DNA of 64,000 nt from contig JBGAKK010000020.1 of the NCBI GenBank assembly GCA_044224425.1, positions 1 to 64,000 of the forward strand. Direction: 5' to 3'. This DNA is from Phycisphaerales bacterium (lineage in GTDB: Bacteria > Planctomycetota > Phycisphaerae > Phycisphaerales > SM1A02). Shown here piece after piece: positions 28,575 to 38,646 of this stretch (positions are counted from its first letter, which is position 1; every line of letters begins with the position of its first letter). The position numbers were made by a program, and so were the translations under genes. Below the pieces are notes generated by a model. The model saw only the letters and a program-made list of their open reading frames with translations. It made no database searches and had not been told where the DNA came from.

Positions 28575-31517
28575 TTACGACTGCTCGACGTCTCCGACCA
28601 ACCCGAACGCTGCCCACTCCGCCATTCTCACGCGACGAGCCCGCTGGGCGAGCATCGCCCGGCGGAGCACCTCCGAAGCCGGGGTCCGCGACCCTTTCGC
28701 CGGCGGCGGCACGGTGGCCGTGGATTCCGCGGAGGTTCCCAACTCGTCGTGGATTTCGACCATGAACCCTACGGCCGACTCATCATGCACCGGCCAGCCG
28801 CTCAGCACCACCCCTCGAGCGCCACTGGCGAAGAAACTGCGGAGGAGTCCCACCACTTCGTCGCCACCATCGACGGCCACCCGTCCGGTATCGCAGCCGC
28901 TGAGGACGACGAGCGACGCCGGCAGTCGCATGGAGAGAATTTCACGCGCCGTGAGCCAGCCATCAGCGAGTCGAAGTCCGGATTGGAGCGGGCTCTCGGC
29001 GACGAAGCGGCCGTGCGAGGCAAGATGGAGAAGATCGGCTTCGCGGCTCGCGACTCGCAGCGCCGCGATCGTGGCTTCGGCCCCAAGGAGCAGGCGGGCG
29101 TCGGGGTCGGCAGCGGCAATCACCGACGCTTCCTCCGCGATCGACGGCGCCTCCTCGTCCGCCACTCCCACCACCACGCGACGCCCCCCCGCCCGAGTCG
29201 CGCGCCGCCGCAGTGCCATCAGGACGCCGAGGCTCGGCACCGTGGCCACCGGCATGCGGGCAACGAGCGGCTCGCCATCGAGGGGGAGCGCGGCGAAGGG
29301 AACGGCGTGCAGGACGCCGGCCGGAACGAGCTGCAGTCGATCGGCCCCCGCCAGCGAGGAGAGCAGCGGGCGCAGGAGGAGATCGGAGAGCTGCTGGGCC
29401 GCGGCCGCCACGTCGCGCTCCAGCCGCTCGGCGCGAGAGGACGAGACGCCGCCGGCGACCAGGCTGCGGTGGAGCTGGAATCGCCAACGCTCGATGGCCT
29501 CGGCGATGACCTCGACCGGGCCGAGATCGTGGCCAGCGAGGCGCGCCGCGAGCGGCTCTGCGCTGCGGGCAGCCCGAACGGTGATCGCCATCAGGCGGCC
29601 ATCGGCGACCAGATAGCTGACCAAGGCGGTGCGCGGCGAGGAGGCATCGACCACGGCCCGGATGGCGTCCGCGTCGGCCGCCTTGGCCACCATGCCGCCA
29701 AACCGCTGGGTGACCGCGAGCCGCGACTCGAGCACCCCTTGCCGCGTCTCGAGGGCCAGGACCTCGGTCCGCCACGCATCGGAGATGGTGGCTGCCGGAT
29801 CGCGATCGAGCTTGCTGAAGAGGGCGTTCGTCCGGTGCCGCACCGCGGCGAGTTCGACCAGGAGGGCCGCCTCGTCCGACTCGTCCCTGACACCACGCCG
29901 CGCCGCGTCGTCCTCGGTCGCCAGCGTGGCGAAGTCGATCGCTCCGCTCATCAGTTCGACCAAGGTCCGGCTGCGGGCCTGTTCGGAAGCGACGAGGGCC
30001 TCGAGGACCTCGCCGCGGCGGAGGAGTTCACTCACCAACGTCTCCGACGCCGAACCATGTTGGGCGGCGAACGCCGAGCGGAGCCGGCCGCCGTTGAGCG
30101 TGCCACGCACCGCTTCGATCCGCTCGACTGCGGCCCGGAGGTCGGCCATGGCGGCGATCTCCTCGCCGCGCCGAAGCTGCCAACGGGCCCGCAGGTGGAG
30201 GCACTGCGCCTCGAGCGACCGGAGCAGCCGTTCGCGGGCCACGGCGAGCCCGTCGTCGATCAAGGCCCCGACCTCGTCGCTCGCTTCGGTCGAGAGGAGC
30301 ACCGTGGCCAGCCCGGCCCGGGCCAGGGCTTGCTCCACCGGCCGATCGGCGAGGGCGGCGACGGCCTCCCGGAAGAGGTGCACCGCCGCCTCGCCGTCCC
30401 CGAGGAGGACGGCGATCTGGGCTTCGATCCGGAGCACGCGTCCGTCTGGCCGGCCGGCGGCGCCGTCATGGGAAACGCGCAGCGGCGCGATCGCCTCGGC
30501 CGCCTCGTTCCCGCGTTGCAGGGCGAGCGAGGCGAGGGCCAGACCCATGCGGGCTCGGCGGGCCTCGGCGGAGAGCCCGTGCTGCTCGAGGAGCGGCAAG
30601 GCAGCGCGATAGGCAGCAACCGCCTCGCGGAGCAGGCCGGTCTGGGCGAAGGCGTCGGCTTCCTCGGCTTCGAGCCGCGCCGCGTCGCCGGGGGCGTTGT
30701 TGGCTTGGGCCCGGCGACGCACCCGCTCGAAGTGGGTGAGGGCTTCCTGCATGCGCCCTTGGCGAGCGAGCAGGTCGGCGAGGTTCCCTTCGACGATCGA
30801 GGCCGCCTGCGTCACCTGGGCCGACTCGAGGGCGGCGAGGGCCTCGCGGAAGGCCTGCTCCGCATCGATGAAGCGATCGAGGTCGAGGTGGGCCTCGGCG
30901 ATGTTCGAGCGAAGCTGGGCCCGGCCGACCGGATCGGCGCCCCACGCGGCGATGGCCCGCTCGAAGCAGGCGATGGCATTCGCGGGCCGGCGCAGCATGC
31001 GCTCGAGGACCCCGAGGTTGGCCTCGGCCTTGGCGGCCAACTCCGGTTGGCCCGCGGCAGCGAGCTGGTCGCGGGCCTTGGTCACCACGGCAACCGCTTC
31101 CTCGAGTCGCCCGAGCCGAGCCAGGGCATGGACGCGGTTGAGGTTGGTGCGGGCCTCGAGCGGCGCGTCGCCCGCCTCGCGGGCCTTGGCCCCGGCGGCA
31201 TCGAGGACGGCCAAGGCCTCGTCGAAGCGGTTCAGGTAGGTGAGGGCGAAGGCGGCCACGATCCGCGTGCGGGCCGAAGCGACCGGCTGCCCGAGGTGAT
31301 CGGCCAGGGCGACGAGCTGTTGGGCGGTGCGGGCCGCTGCGTTGGCGTCGACCGCCACCGAGCGCTGCGTCTCGTCGGCGGCTTGGGCCACAAGCTGGGC
31401 GGCGTCGACCGCTCCCAATGCACGACCCCACCGCGCAGCGAGGTCAGCGAGATCGGATTCGCTGGCGAGCTGGGCGAGGAGCGTGGTGGTGGTCGGTTCG
31501 GCCGCGCCAGTCGTCAT
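28575..31517 (-). CDS. TPR-repeat protein with C-terminal CHAT (caspase-like) peptidase domain
   Basis: Over 600 aa of TPR-like helical repeats, then a CHAT domain with the catalytic dyad ..LLHLASHGRF.. and ..LVVLSGCDTG... Its start overlaps the stop of the upstream gene as ATGA. Confidence 0.85.
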   Translation of the reverse strand: MTTGAAEPTTTTLLAQLASESDLADLAARWGRALGAVDAAQLVAQAADETQRSVAVDANAAARTAQQLVALADHLGQPVASARTRIVAAFALTYLNRFDEALAVLDAAGAKAREAGDAPLEARTNLNRVHALARLGRLEEAVAVVTKARDQLAAAGQPELAAKAEANLGVLERMLRRPANAIACFERAIAAWGADPVGRAQLRSNIAEAHLDLDRFIDAEQAFREALAALESAQVTQAASIVEGNLADLLARQGRMQEALTHFERVRRRAQANNAPGDAARLEAEEADAFAQTGLLREAVAAYRAALPLLEQHGLSAEARRARMGLALASLALQRGNEAAEAIAPLRVSHDGAAGRPDGRVLRIEAQIAVLLGDGEAAVHLFREAVAALADRPVEQALARAGLATVLLSTEASDEVGALIDDGLAVARERLLRSLEAQCLHLRARWQLRRGEEIAAMADLRAAVERIEAVRGTLNGGRLRSAFAAQHGSASETLVSELLRRGEVLEALVASEQARSRTLVELMSGAIDFATLATEDDAARRGVRDESDEAALLVELAAVRHRTNALFSKLDRDPAATISDAWRTEVLALETRQGVLESRLAVTQRFGGMVAKAADADAIRAVVDASSPRTALVSYLVADGRLMAITVRAARSAEPLAARLAGHDLGPVEVIAEAIERWRFQLHRSLVAGGVSSSRAERLERDVAAAAQQLSDLLLRPLLSSLAGADRLQLVPAGVLHAVPFAALPLDGEPLVARMPVATVPSLGVLMALRRRATRAGGRRVVVGVADEEAPSIAEEASVIAAADPDARLLLGAEATIAALRVASREADLLHLASHGRFVAESPLQSGLRLADGWLTAREILSMRLPASLVVLSGCDTGRVAVDGGDEVVGLLRSFFASGARGVVLSGWPVHDESAVGFMVEIHDELGTSAESTATVPPPAKGSRTPASEVLRRAMLAQRARRVRMAEWAAFGLVGDVEQS

Positions 31518-32206
31518 TGGGTGCGGAGGTCAACTCCAGGCAGGGAGAGCGCTCCCTCGCCGTCGGCGAGCTCGATCACGAGATCGACCCGCTGGGCGTC
31601 AAGGCGCAGCCGGAACTCGCCTTGCTCGTCGATGGGAGCGGAGGCGAGGAGGTGGAGGGGATCGTCGCCCGCTCCACGGGCGAGGGCATGGACGACGACC
31701 GGGGCCGGACCGGCGTCGATGGTCACCTGGCCGCGGAGGCGACGGGCGGCGAGGGCGTCGGCCTCGGTGTCGATCTGGACGTCGAGCCAAGCATCGATCG
31801 GGCTTCCTTCGGGGGTGTGGAAGCTGCGAACGGTGACCGCGCCGCGGCGGAACCCGGCCAGGGCCGGGGTCGGCGGCGAAAGGAGTTCCATGGCCACCAG
31901 CTTGGCCGAATCGAGCCAGCGACGAAGGGCGGCGATCGGATCGGGCTGGGCGGCGAAGAGGTCGATGGCCTTCTGGCGGAGGCCGGCCGGAACCGGATCG
32001 AGCGGCAGGTGGCGGAGTGCGTCGACCACGCCGCGGATCTCGCTAGCGTAGCGGGCCACCAGGCCGGGGTCGGCGTCGGCCGGGGCGGCGGGGTTGGCGG
32101 CCGAGCCAAGCACGGAATCGACGGCGGCGAGGAAGGCGTCCCGGGTCGCTTCGGGCCGGCGGTCGGACGGGAAGCCAGCGGGACGGTTGGAGGAGTCGTT
32201 GGTCAT
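31514..32206 (-). CDS. hypothetical protein between the ECF sigma and TPR-CHAT genes (anti-sigma or regulator candidate)
   Basis: Start MTNDSSNRPAGF (ATG 32206). 230 aa with no TM helix and no recognised motif. Translationally coupled to the TPR-CHAT gene. Confidence 0.5.
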   Translation of the reverse strand: MTNDSSNRPAGFPSDRRPEATRDAFLAAVDSVLGSAANPAAPADADPGLVARYASEIRGVVDALRHLPLDPVPAGLRQKAIDLFAAQPDPIAALRRWLDSAKLVAMELLSPPTPALAGFRRGAVTVRSFHTPEGSPIDAWLDVQIDTEADALAARRLRGQVTIDAGPAPVVVHALARGAGDDPLHLLASAPIDEQGEFRLRLDAQRVDLVIELADGEGALSLPGVDLRTQ

Positions 32207-32363
32207 CGCGAGGTGCCAGTCGAGAATCGAGACGGGGGTCCAGTGGCCGGCCCGGAAGGGCCTTGCGAAGGAGAAGTGCCTGCCGCCGTGGTCCTGATAC
32301 CGACTCGCAACCAGGATCCCGACCGGGGCCGGTGGAAGCGTGCGGCCTGTTCCGTCGGCGCGG

Positions 32364-33007
32364 TCAGGCCCCGTCCTCGAGCCAGGACGGCAGCTCCTCC
32401 CCCGCCCCGGCCGCCCGCAGGTGCCGGAGGAGTTTGGTGAGGCAGCGGGCACGACGCGGGCCGATCGACCCGATCGGGATCGAGAGCTGGGCGGCGATCT
32501 CGGGGAGGTCTCGCTGTCCCTGGTCAGGGCCATGAGGAGGTCCCGGCACGACGGTTCGAGGAGCTGGATCGCCTCCGAGACCTTGGCGATCGCCTCCCAT
32601 CGCTCCGAGGCCTCGCGAGGGTCCTCCTCCTCGGCGCCAGGGCGGAGGAGCTGTTGCTTCCGATGCCGCTGCACGAGCCGCATGGCCACGCGGCGGGTCG
32701 TGGTCGCCAGCCACTGCGGTAGCGCAGCCTCGTGCTGCAGCGAGGGCAAGCTGCGGACGAGAATGGCGAAGACCTCCTGGAAGGTGTCCTCGACGACCTC
32801 GTTTGGCATCCCGAGGCGGCGCGGGATGGCGTAGACAAGCCGTTCGTACTTCTTGACGAGCGTGGTCCACGCCCGCTGGTCTTTGGCCAGGCAGGCCCGG
32901 ATGAGGTCACGATCGCCGCCGTCGACCGCGCCGCCAAACGCCCTCGCCCCAGCGCGCGGCGCGACCTCGTGCGATTCACCTCGACCCGTCGGCTTCGAAT
33001 GCGGCAT
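32364..33007 (-). pseudogene. ECF (sigma-70 family) RNA polymerase sigma factor with apparent 1-nt frameshift near 32520
   Basis: Sigma region 2 (DLIRACLAKDQRAWTTLVKKYERLVYAIPRRLG..EDTFQEVFAILVRSL) and the start of region 4 (LLEPSCRDLLMALTRD) are in one frame. The remainder of region 4 (QRDLPEIAAQLSIPIGSIGPRRARCLTKLLRHL) is in the -1 frame, ending at 32364. Restoring a single nucleotide after ..agg gac gives a canonical ECF sigma. Confidence 0.6.
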
Positions 33008-33120
33008 GGACGGCTCAGCCTGCGAGGGCGGCAGGATACCCGAGGGGTGGCGGGCAATGCGTCGCGTCGGGCAGGCCTATCGGAAGGGCCGAAGGGAGAG
33101 CCGGCTGGGATACTGCTGGC

Positions 33121-34170
33121 ATGAATGCCTTCCGCGAGACCTTCGAGAGGGAGTGCAAACCCCGCTTCGGCCGAGCGAATCCGGAGCGGATGCGACTTCC
33201 CTATTGGGAGTGGATGGTCCGTTCCATGGAGAACCCGTTCTCGGTCCGCGAACGTCTCGGGCTTCCACAGAATTTCCCGGCCTGTGCCCGTAGCGAGGTC
33301 GAGGGCGCGACGTGCGGAATGCGGCCCGAACCCGATTGGTGCTTCGACCGTTTCGGGGCCACCCGAACCTCGCTGCCCGACGGCCGGATCCTCTGCGTGG
33401 GCGGCGAGCACGAGGACTGGTACGACCCCGACTTCTGCATCTATAACGACTTGGTGGTGAAGCGCCCGACACCCGGGGCGACCGACGTGACGAAGGACGA
33501 GGGGGAGGTCGAGATCTACGGCTACCCGGAGGAGGTCTTCCCGCCGACCGACTTCCACACCGCGACCTTGGTCGCCGACCGCGTGCTCCTGGTCGGGCGA
33601 CTCGGCTACGCGGAGGGACGCGACCCGAAGTCCACGCCCATCTACGCGCTCGACACCACGAGCTACGCCATCGAAGGCCTCAGCGCGAGCGGCCCCTGCC
33701 CCGGCTGGATCTACAAGCACCACGCCTCGTACGAGGCAGGGCGGCACGCTCTTCTCGTCCGCGGCGGCCGATCGCTCGACCACAGCCGCCACACCGACGT
33801 GCACCGGCTTCACCTCGCCGACCGACGCTGGGAACTCGTGGCCCGCAACGAACGGCACCGCGGGTTCACCCTCCACACCAAGCACGTGGGCAACCCGACC
33901 TGGGAAGCGACGATTGACGAGCTGCGCCCGCGCCGCGTGCCGCACACCCCCCTCCCGCCCGACGGCCGCGAGGTGATGCGCTACGCGATCGACGTCCAAG
34001 GGGCCCGCTTCACGTTCCTCGAGCTCTACACCACGATCAAGGTCCTCCTCGAAGGCGAGCTGCCCGAGGAGGTCGTGCAGGCGGTGTTCGATGACGTTCG
34101 GGCCCAGCTCGCCAAGGGCTCGGGGAGCCCGTGGCTGGTGGAGGAGAGGGAGATCGAGGAGGCGGAGTGA
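33121..34170 (+). CDS. hypothetical protein
   Basis: 349-aa ORF with coherent GC3. No motif recognised. Confidence 0.5.
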   Translation: MNAFRETFERECKPRFGRANPERMRLPYWEWMVRSMENPFSVRERLGLPQNFPACARSEVEGATCGMRPEPDWCFDRFGATRTSLPDGRILCVGGEHEDWYDPDFCIYNDLVVKRPTPGATDVTKDEGEVEIYGYPEEVFPPTDFHTATLVADRVLLVGRLGYAEGRDPKSTPIYALDTTSYAIEGLSASGPCPGWIYKHHASYEAGRHALLVRGGRSLDHSRHTDVHRLHLADRRWELVARNERHRGFTLHTKHVGNPTWEATIDELRPRRVPHTPLPPDGREVMRYAIDVQGARFTFLELYTTIKVLLEGELPEEVVQAVFDDVRAQLAKGSGSPWLVEEREIEEAE

Positions 34171-34313
34171 GGGCGCGGGAAGTGGAGCGGGGCGCTTCCG
34201 CGACGCGAAAGCCCCGAGGGCGACTGGGATCGCCTTCGGGGCAAAGGGGACGCAAGGCGGCGCCCCGCCGGTCATTGGTGCACTCCGCCTACGACGAGGG
34301 GTTCAATCCATCT

Positions 34314-37300
34314 CTAGTTCGCTCCCGGTCGCCGGTCGTGCGGGACCACCACCACGCAACTGGTCACCGCCAGGTTCCCCGCGCTATCCACCGCCGCCAC
34401 GTCGAACGTGTACGCCCGGCCGTCGCCGCTCCCCGCACGCTCCGCGCGCAGCTTGACGGTGCCTACCCATGCCCCTAGCGACGGCTGGTACGTCAGCTTG
34501 CTCGTAACGTTCCGCGGCGAGGCATATCCGTCGGAGCCGTCCACATCGCCGGTCGTCGAGCCGTCGCCGCCTCCCGGCGCGTCGTCCGGCTCGTCGCTCC
34601 GCACCGTCACCACGAGTGGCAGGACCGCCCCCGGGTCGATGCACGCGTCGGTCGCACGCACCACCACCTGCACGTCCCGCATCTTGTGGTCCGGCGGCCA
34701 CAACGCCGCGACGCTCGTCGTGCACTCCACCTCCGGGGGCGTGGTGTCCTGCACGCTCACCAGCACGTCGCAGGTGCTCACGCCGCCGCGCCCGTCCGCC
34801 ACCGTCAGCGTGGCCATGGTGACGCCGACCGGGAAAAGCCCTGTCGCCACGCCGCCCTCGGGGTCGTTGAGCGCCACGCTCTGGTCCGAAACGTCCCAGT
34901 GGTAGTGCAACGACTCCGGCGGATCGTCGCCGTCGGTCGCACTTCCCGTGAGGGTCACCACCGCGCCGAGGAACGATGCGCATTCGGTGGGCATCGCGCC
35001 ATCCTCTCCCAGCGCGATCGCCTGGCAGCTCGGCCGCAGGTTCACGTCTCCAACAGTGAAGCCGCAGGCTGTCGATTCGCCGCTCAGGCCGGCAAAGGTG
35101 ATCGTCAGCGTCTCCGGAACCAGGGCCTTGTCCGCCGCGGTCGGCGTCCAGGAGACAGTCGCGACCGCGCCGTCGACCTCGACCGTCGCACCGGGCGGGC
35201 CGGAGAACGACACGGCCAGCGTGTCGCCGTCGGGGTCGAGGCCCGTGACGACCGCAGAGATCGTCTCGCCCTCGGTGACCACGTAGGAGCCGTCGGCCAG
35301 AGTCGAGAACATCGCGTCCAACTGAGTCCCGTCCACGCTGCAGATCGGCGGCGCGTTCAGTGGAGGCAGCTCAAACACGTACATAGCACCGGAGTCCTGC
35401 GCTCCGTTGCTCGCCTCATTCCCGTCTACGCCGCTCGCAGCGCTGTCCTCATAAGGCGCGCAAAGCACAACGGTCCGTCCAGACATCGCGACCGAGGCGC
35501 CGAAGTGGTCACCTGCACCGGTGTTCGATGCCTTCAGATACGCCGACTGGCTCCAGGACCCCCCACTCCGCTCGAACAGATACGCGGCACCAGCTATCGG
35601 CGCGTCGCCGTTCCACTGGTCTCCATTGATGCCGGTGGCAGCACTATCTTCGTATACAGCGCCGACGACGAGTGTGTCATCCCTCAGCACCAGCGACCAG
35701 CCAAACCAATCCATCGTGCCCGTGTTTGACGCTTTGAGATATGCCTGCTGGCTCCAATTGCCTCCGGTACGAACGAACACGTACACGGCGCCGGAATCTG
35801 TTGCGCCGTTGTCCCATTGATCTCCGTCAATTCCAGTCGCCGCGCTGTCCTCTGCAAAGGTTGCAACCACCACTGTATCGCCCGAGACAGCGACCTCTCC
35901 GCACCCGAACTGATCGCCCGGCTCTGTATTTGATGCCTTGAGATATGCTTGCTGGCTCCATGTCTCCCCGCTTCGAACGAAGATGTACGCAGCCCCAGCG
36001 TCCCACGCCGTATTGTCCGCTTGATCGCCGTTGACACCAGTGGCAGAGCTGCGCTCCCCAAATGCGGTGATAGCAACCGTCTCGTCTGAGATCGCAACCT
36101 GCCATCCGAAGCCGTCGTATGCGTCAGTGTTCGACGCCTTCAGGTACGCCTGCCGACTCCACGTCTCACCGTTTCGGACAAACACGTAGGCGGCACCCGC
36201 ATCGGCGGCGGCATTGCTTGACTGATCGGAATCTACACCGGTGGCGGCGCTGTCCTCGTACGTCGCTCCAATGACGACCGTGTCGCCGGAGATCCCGATC
36301 GCGCGGCCAAAGAGGTCGCCTGATCCCGGATTCGACGCCTTCAAGTACGCCTGTTGGCTCCACGCCCCACCGCTGCGAACAAACACATACGCGGCACCCG
36401 ATTCCGGAGCTGCGTTGTTTGACTGATCGCCATTCACCCCGCTGGCGGCACCATCTTCCTGCCACGCTCCGACTACGAGCGTGCTACCGTCCGTCGAGAG
36501 CACCACCGGCCAGCCGAACCGGTCGCCCGGGCCCGTGTTTGAAGCCTTCAGGTAAGCCTGCTGCGTCCATGTTGCTCCGTTGCGAACGAACACGTATGCG
36601 GCACCCGACTCTGTGGCCGCATTGTTCGACTGGTCACCATTCACACCGGTCGCGGCGCTGTCCTCGAGAGGCGCCCCTACAACCACAGTGTCGCCCGCGA
36701 TTGCGACCGAGCGGCCGAATATGTCCACGGAGCCAGTGTTCGAGGCTTTGACATATGCGCCCTGCAGGATCGGGTCGATCGTCACTGGATAGCGGGCCTT
36801 GCGGTCATCGATGAAGAGGCGGAGAGACCTCTCCTCTGATTCCAATCTCGCTGGCACCGAGAGACCATCGGCGTCGAACGCGGTGAGTCCCGAGTAGGTC
36901 AATATCAACGCACCGCTATCGTCCAGAAGGCGCACCGCACGCCCATCAGTCGCCGCCTCAGCACACAAGTCACCGCGCAGGTTCAAGACGAGGCTGAGTT
37001 CGCCATCACCTTCAAGCCGCTCGCGCAGCGTGTATCCGTGCTCCAGCCCACGCCAGTCATTCACATACCACTCGGAAAGCGCGGCATCCCATGCGTAGGT
37101 CACCCGCTGGCCTTCGACGTGTACGCTCGCCGCGCCGTCGACCGCATGCTCGTGTCCTGATCGACCCCACGACACAAGCTCGAGGCCCCAGCGCCAGTCG
37201 TGTTCGTTCGGCACCACATCAAAGCCTCGTCCGTCGAAGCGCGTTGTCCATCGATGCCCCGGATTCCACGCACGATGCTCATCGCCATCCGCACCTACGG

Positions 37301-37463
37301 CGTAGCGACCGGACTCATATGCCGCGCAAATGCTGCCCCAGTCCGCAGCGGAGATCCCCTGTGGCGCAGTGACATCTCTCAAGGCCTCGGCCCCCGACGC
37401 GTGCGAGAGCACGACGGCACAAATGGCGGCGATGTAACCGCTCCTCCCGTCGACTGGCTTCAT
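34314..37463 (-). CDS. large secreted FG-GAP-repeat (integrin-alpha-like beta-propeller) protein with C-terminal Ig/PKD-like domains
   Basis: Start MKPVDGRSGYIAAICAVVLSHASGAEA (ATG 37463, RBS gggag). Eight near-identical ~60-aa repeats (AYLKASNTG.GD.FG.SVA.SGDT.VVGA..EDSAATGV.GDQS.N.A..SGAAYVFVR.G..WSQQ) followed by beta-sandwich domains. Confidence 0.8.
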   Translation of the reverse strand: MKPVDGRSGYIAAICAVVLSHASGAEALRDVTAPQGISAADWGSICAAYESGRYAVGADGDEHRAWNPGHRWTTRFDGRGFDVVPNEHDWRWGLELVSWGRSGHEHAVDGAASVHVEGQRVTYAWDAALSEWYVNDWRGLEHGYTLRERLEGDGELSLVLNLRGDLCAEAATDGRAVRLLDDSGALILTYSGLTAFDADGLSVPARLESEERSLRLFIDDRKARYPVTIDPILQGAYVKASNTGSVDIFGRSVAIAGDTVVVGAPLEDSAATGVNGDQSNNAATESGAAYVFVRNGATWTQQAYLKASNTGPGDRFGWPVVLSTDGSTLVVGAWQEDGAASGVNGDQSNNAAPESGAAYVFVRSGGAWSQQAYLKASNPGSGDLFGRAIGISGDTVVIGATYEDSAATGVDSDQSSNAAADAGAAYVFVRNGETWSRQAYLKASNTDAYDGFGWQVAISDETVAITAFGERSSATGVNGDQADNTAWDAGAAYIFVRSGETWSQQAYLKASNTEPGDQFGCGEVAVSGDTVVVATFAEDSAATGIDGDQWDNGATDSGAVYVFVRTGGNWSQQAYLKASNTGTMDWFGWSLVLRDDTLVVGAVYEDSAATGINGDQWNGDAPIAGAAYLFERSGGSWSQSAYLKASNTGAGDHFGASVAMSGRTVVLCAPYEDSAASGVDGNEASNGAQDSGAMYVFELPPLNAPPICSVDGTQLDAMFSTLADGSYVVTEGETISAVVTGLDPDGDTLAVSFSGPPGATVEVDGAVATVSWTPTAADKALVPETLTITFAGLSGESTACGFTVGDVNLRPSCQAIALGEDGAMPTECASFLGAVVTLTGSATDGDDPPESLHYHWDVSDQSVALNDPEGGVATGLFPVGVTMATLTVADGRGGVSTCDVLVSVQDTTPPEVECTTSVAALWPPDHKMRDVQVVVRATDACIDPGAVLPLVVTVRSDEPDDAPGGGDGSTTGDVDGSDGYASPRNVTSKLTYQPSLGAWVGTVKLRAERAGSGDGRAYTFDVAAVDSAGNLAVTSCVVVVPHDRRPGAN
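35360..36790. repeat. tandem ~180-bp coding repeats (8 FG-GAP units) inside 34314..37463
   Basis: Nucleotide-level near-identity between units, e.g. repeated ..gtacgcctgctggctccacg.. and ..gaacacgta(c/t)gcggcacc.. blocks. Confidence 0.6.
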
Positions 37464-38047
37464 AACGGCTATCTCCCTTCTTGAGAAGGCCGCGCTTGTT
37501 CGCGGCAACTACGTACGCGACAACCGGGGGCGTATCCCGCAGCGAGATCACGCTGGGCCGGTTCCTCTGTCGCGCGCGGCGCCAAAGACGATGGCTTGGG
37601 ACCGACGCGTAGATCAAGTGGAGCCTCCTGACGGGCTGCCTGAAACTGACGGCGACTCGGACCAGGACGCCGTCCCTCGAACAAACACTGCGCTCTCGGG
37701 CCAGCGGAGGGCGCCGATCGGAGAGATCGGTCCCCGTTGCGCCCTGTGTGCCACCGTCTCTCGCTCGAAGACCCCGCGGCTCGTCAAGCTCCCGGTCACA
37801 CCCGCTCGATCGCGGGCCGAATGACCGCTTGTCGCGTAAGTCCGGACTCCCGCAGAGAGCGGAGCGCCGAGGGGACATAGCTCACCGGCGAGCCAACTTG
37901 CAGGGCCTACGGTCAGTTAGCTCGTTGGGGAGCAACCGATGCCCCGCACGGGCCCGGAGGCTGACTGGCCAGCAGTGCGTAGACCGCGTCGGCACCGAGA
38001 CCGAGCTGGATCCGCATCCCCGCTGAACTGGAGGTGGTAATGCGCTC

Positions 38048-38641
38048 TTGCATAGGCGTTCACCCCTTCGCTACCCTGCTCGTACGCGAGAGGATGCCGC
38101 CAACACTCAGCCGCGGGAGCGGACGGGGGGAGAGCCCGGGCCGCAGGCGGCGGACTTGTTTCAACTTGTCTACTCCGAGCTGCACGCGATCGCGCAGGCC
38201 ACGTTGTTGCACGAGCGCAAGGACCATACGCTGCAGGCCACGGCCCTAGTGCACGAGGTGTACCTCAAGCTCTCCCAGCAGACGCATGTCCGATGGAGGG
38301 GCCGCAGCCACTTCTTGGCTGTCGCCTCCGAGGCCATGCGGCGGATTCTGGTTGACCATGCGCGGACACGCGGGCGCGTCAAACGCGGCAACGGTTGGCG
38401 GCGCGTGCCGATGGCCGCGGCGGAAGAGGCACAGGGTCCAGGATCACTCGATCTCTGCGACCTGGACGACGCGCTCACCGCCTTGGAGCGACTTGAGCCG
38501 CGCTTGGCCAAGCTCGTGGAGCTCCGCTTTTTCGGCGGCCTCACGGCCGAGGAGGCCGCTGGCGTCCTTGATGTCTCGCTCCGCACCGCTGAGGCTGACT
38601 GGGCCTTTGCCCGCGCTTGGTTGCAGAAGCGCATGGCGTGA
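38048..38641 (+). CDS. ECF sigma factor of the kinase-associated (TIGR02999-like) subfamily
   Basis: N-terminus ..AADLFQLVYSELHAIAQ..LQATALVHEVYLKL.., C-terminal HTH ..LTAEEAAGVLDVSLRTAEADWAFARAWLQ. Stop is 5 nt before the kinase start. Confidence 0.85.
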   Translation: MHRRSPLRYPARTREDAANTQPRERTGGEPGPQAADLFQLVYSELHAIAQATLLHERKDHTLQATALVHEVYLKLSQQTHVRWRGRSHFLAVASEAMRRILVDHARTRGRVKRGNGWRRVPMAAAEEAQGPGSLDLCDLDDALTALERLEPRLAKLVELRFFGGLTAEEAAGVLDVSLRTAEADWAFARAWLQKRMA

Positions 38642-38646
38642 TCGTC

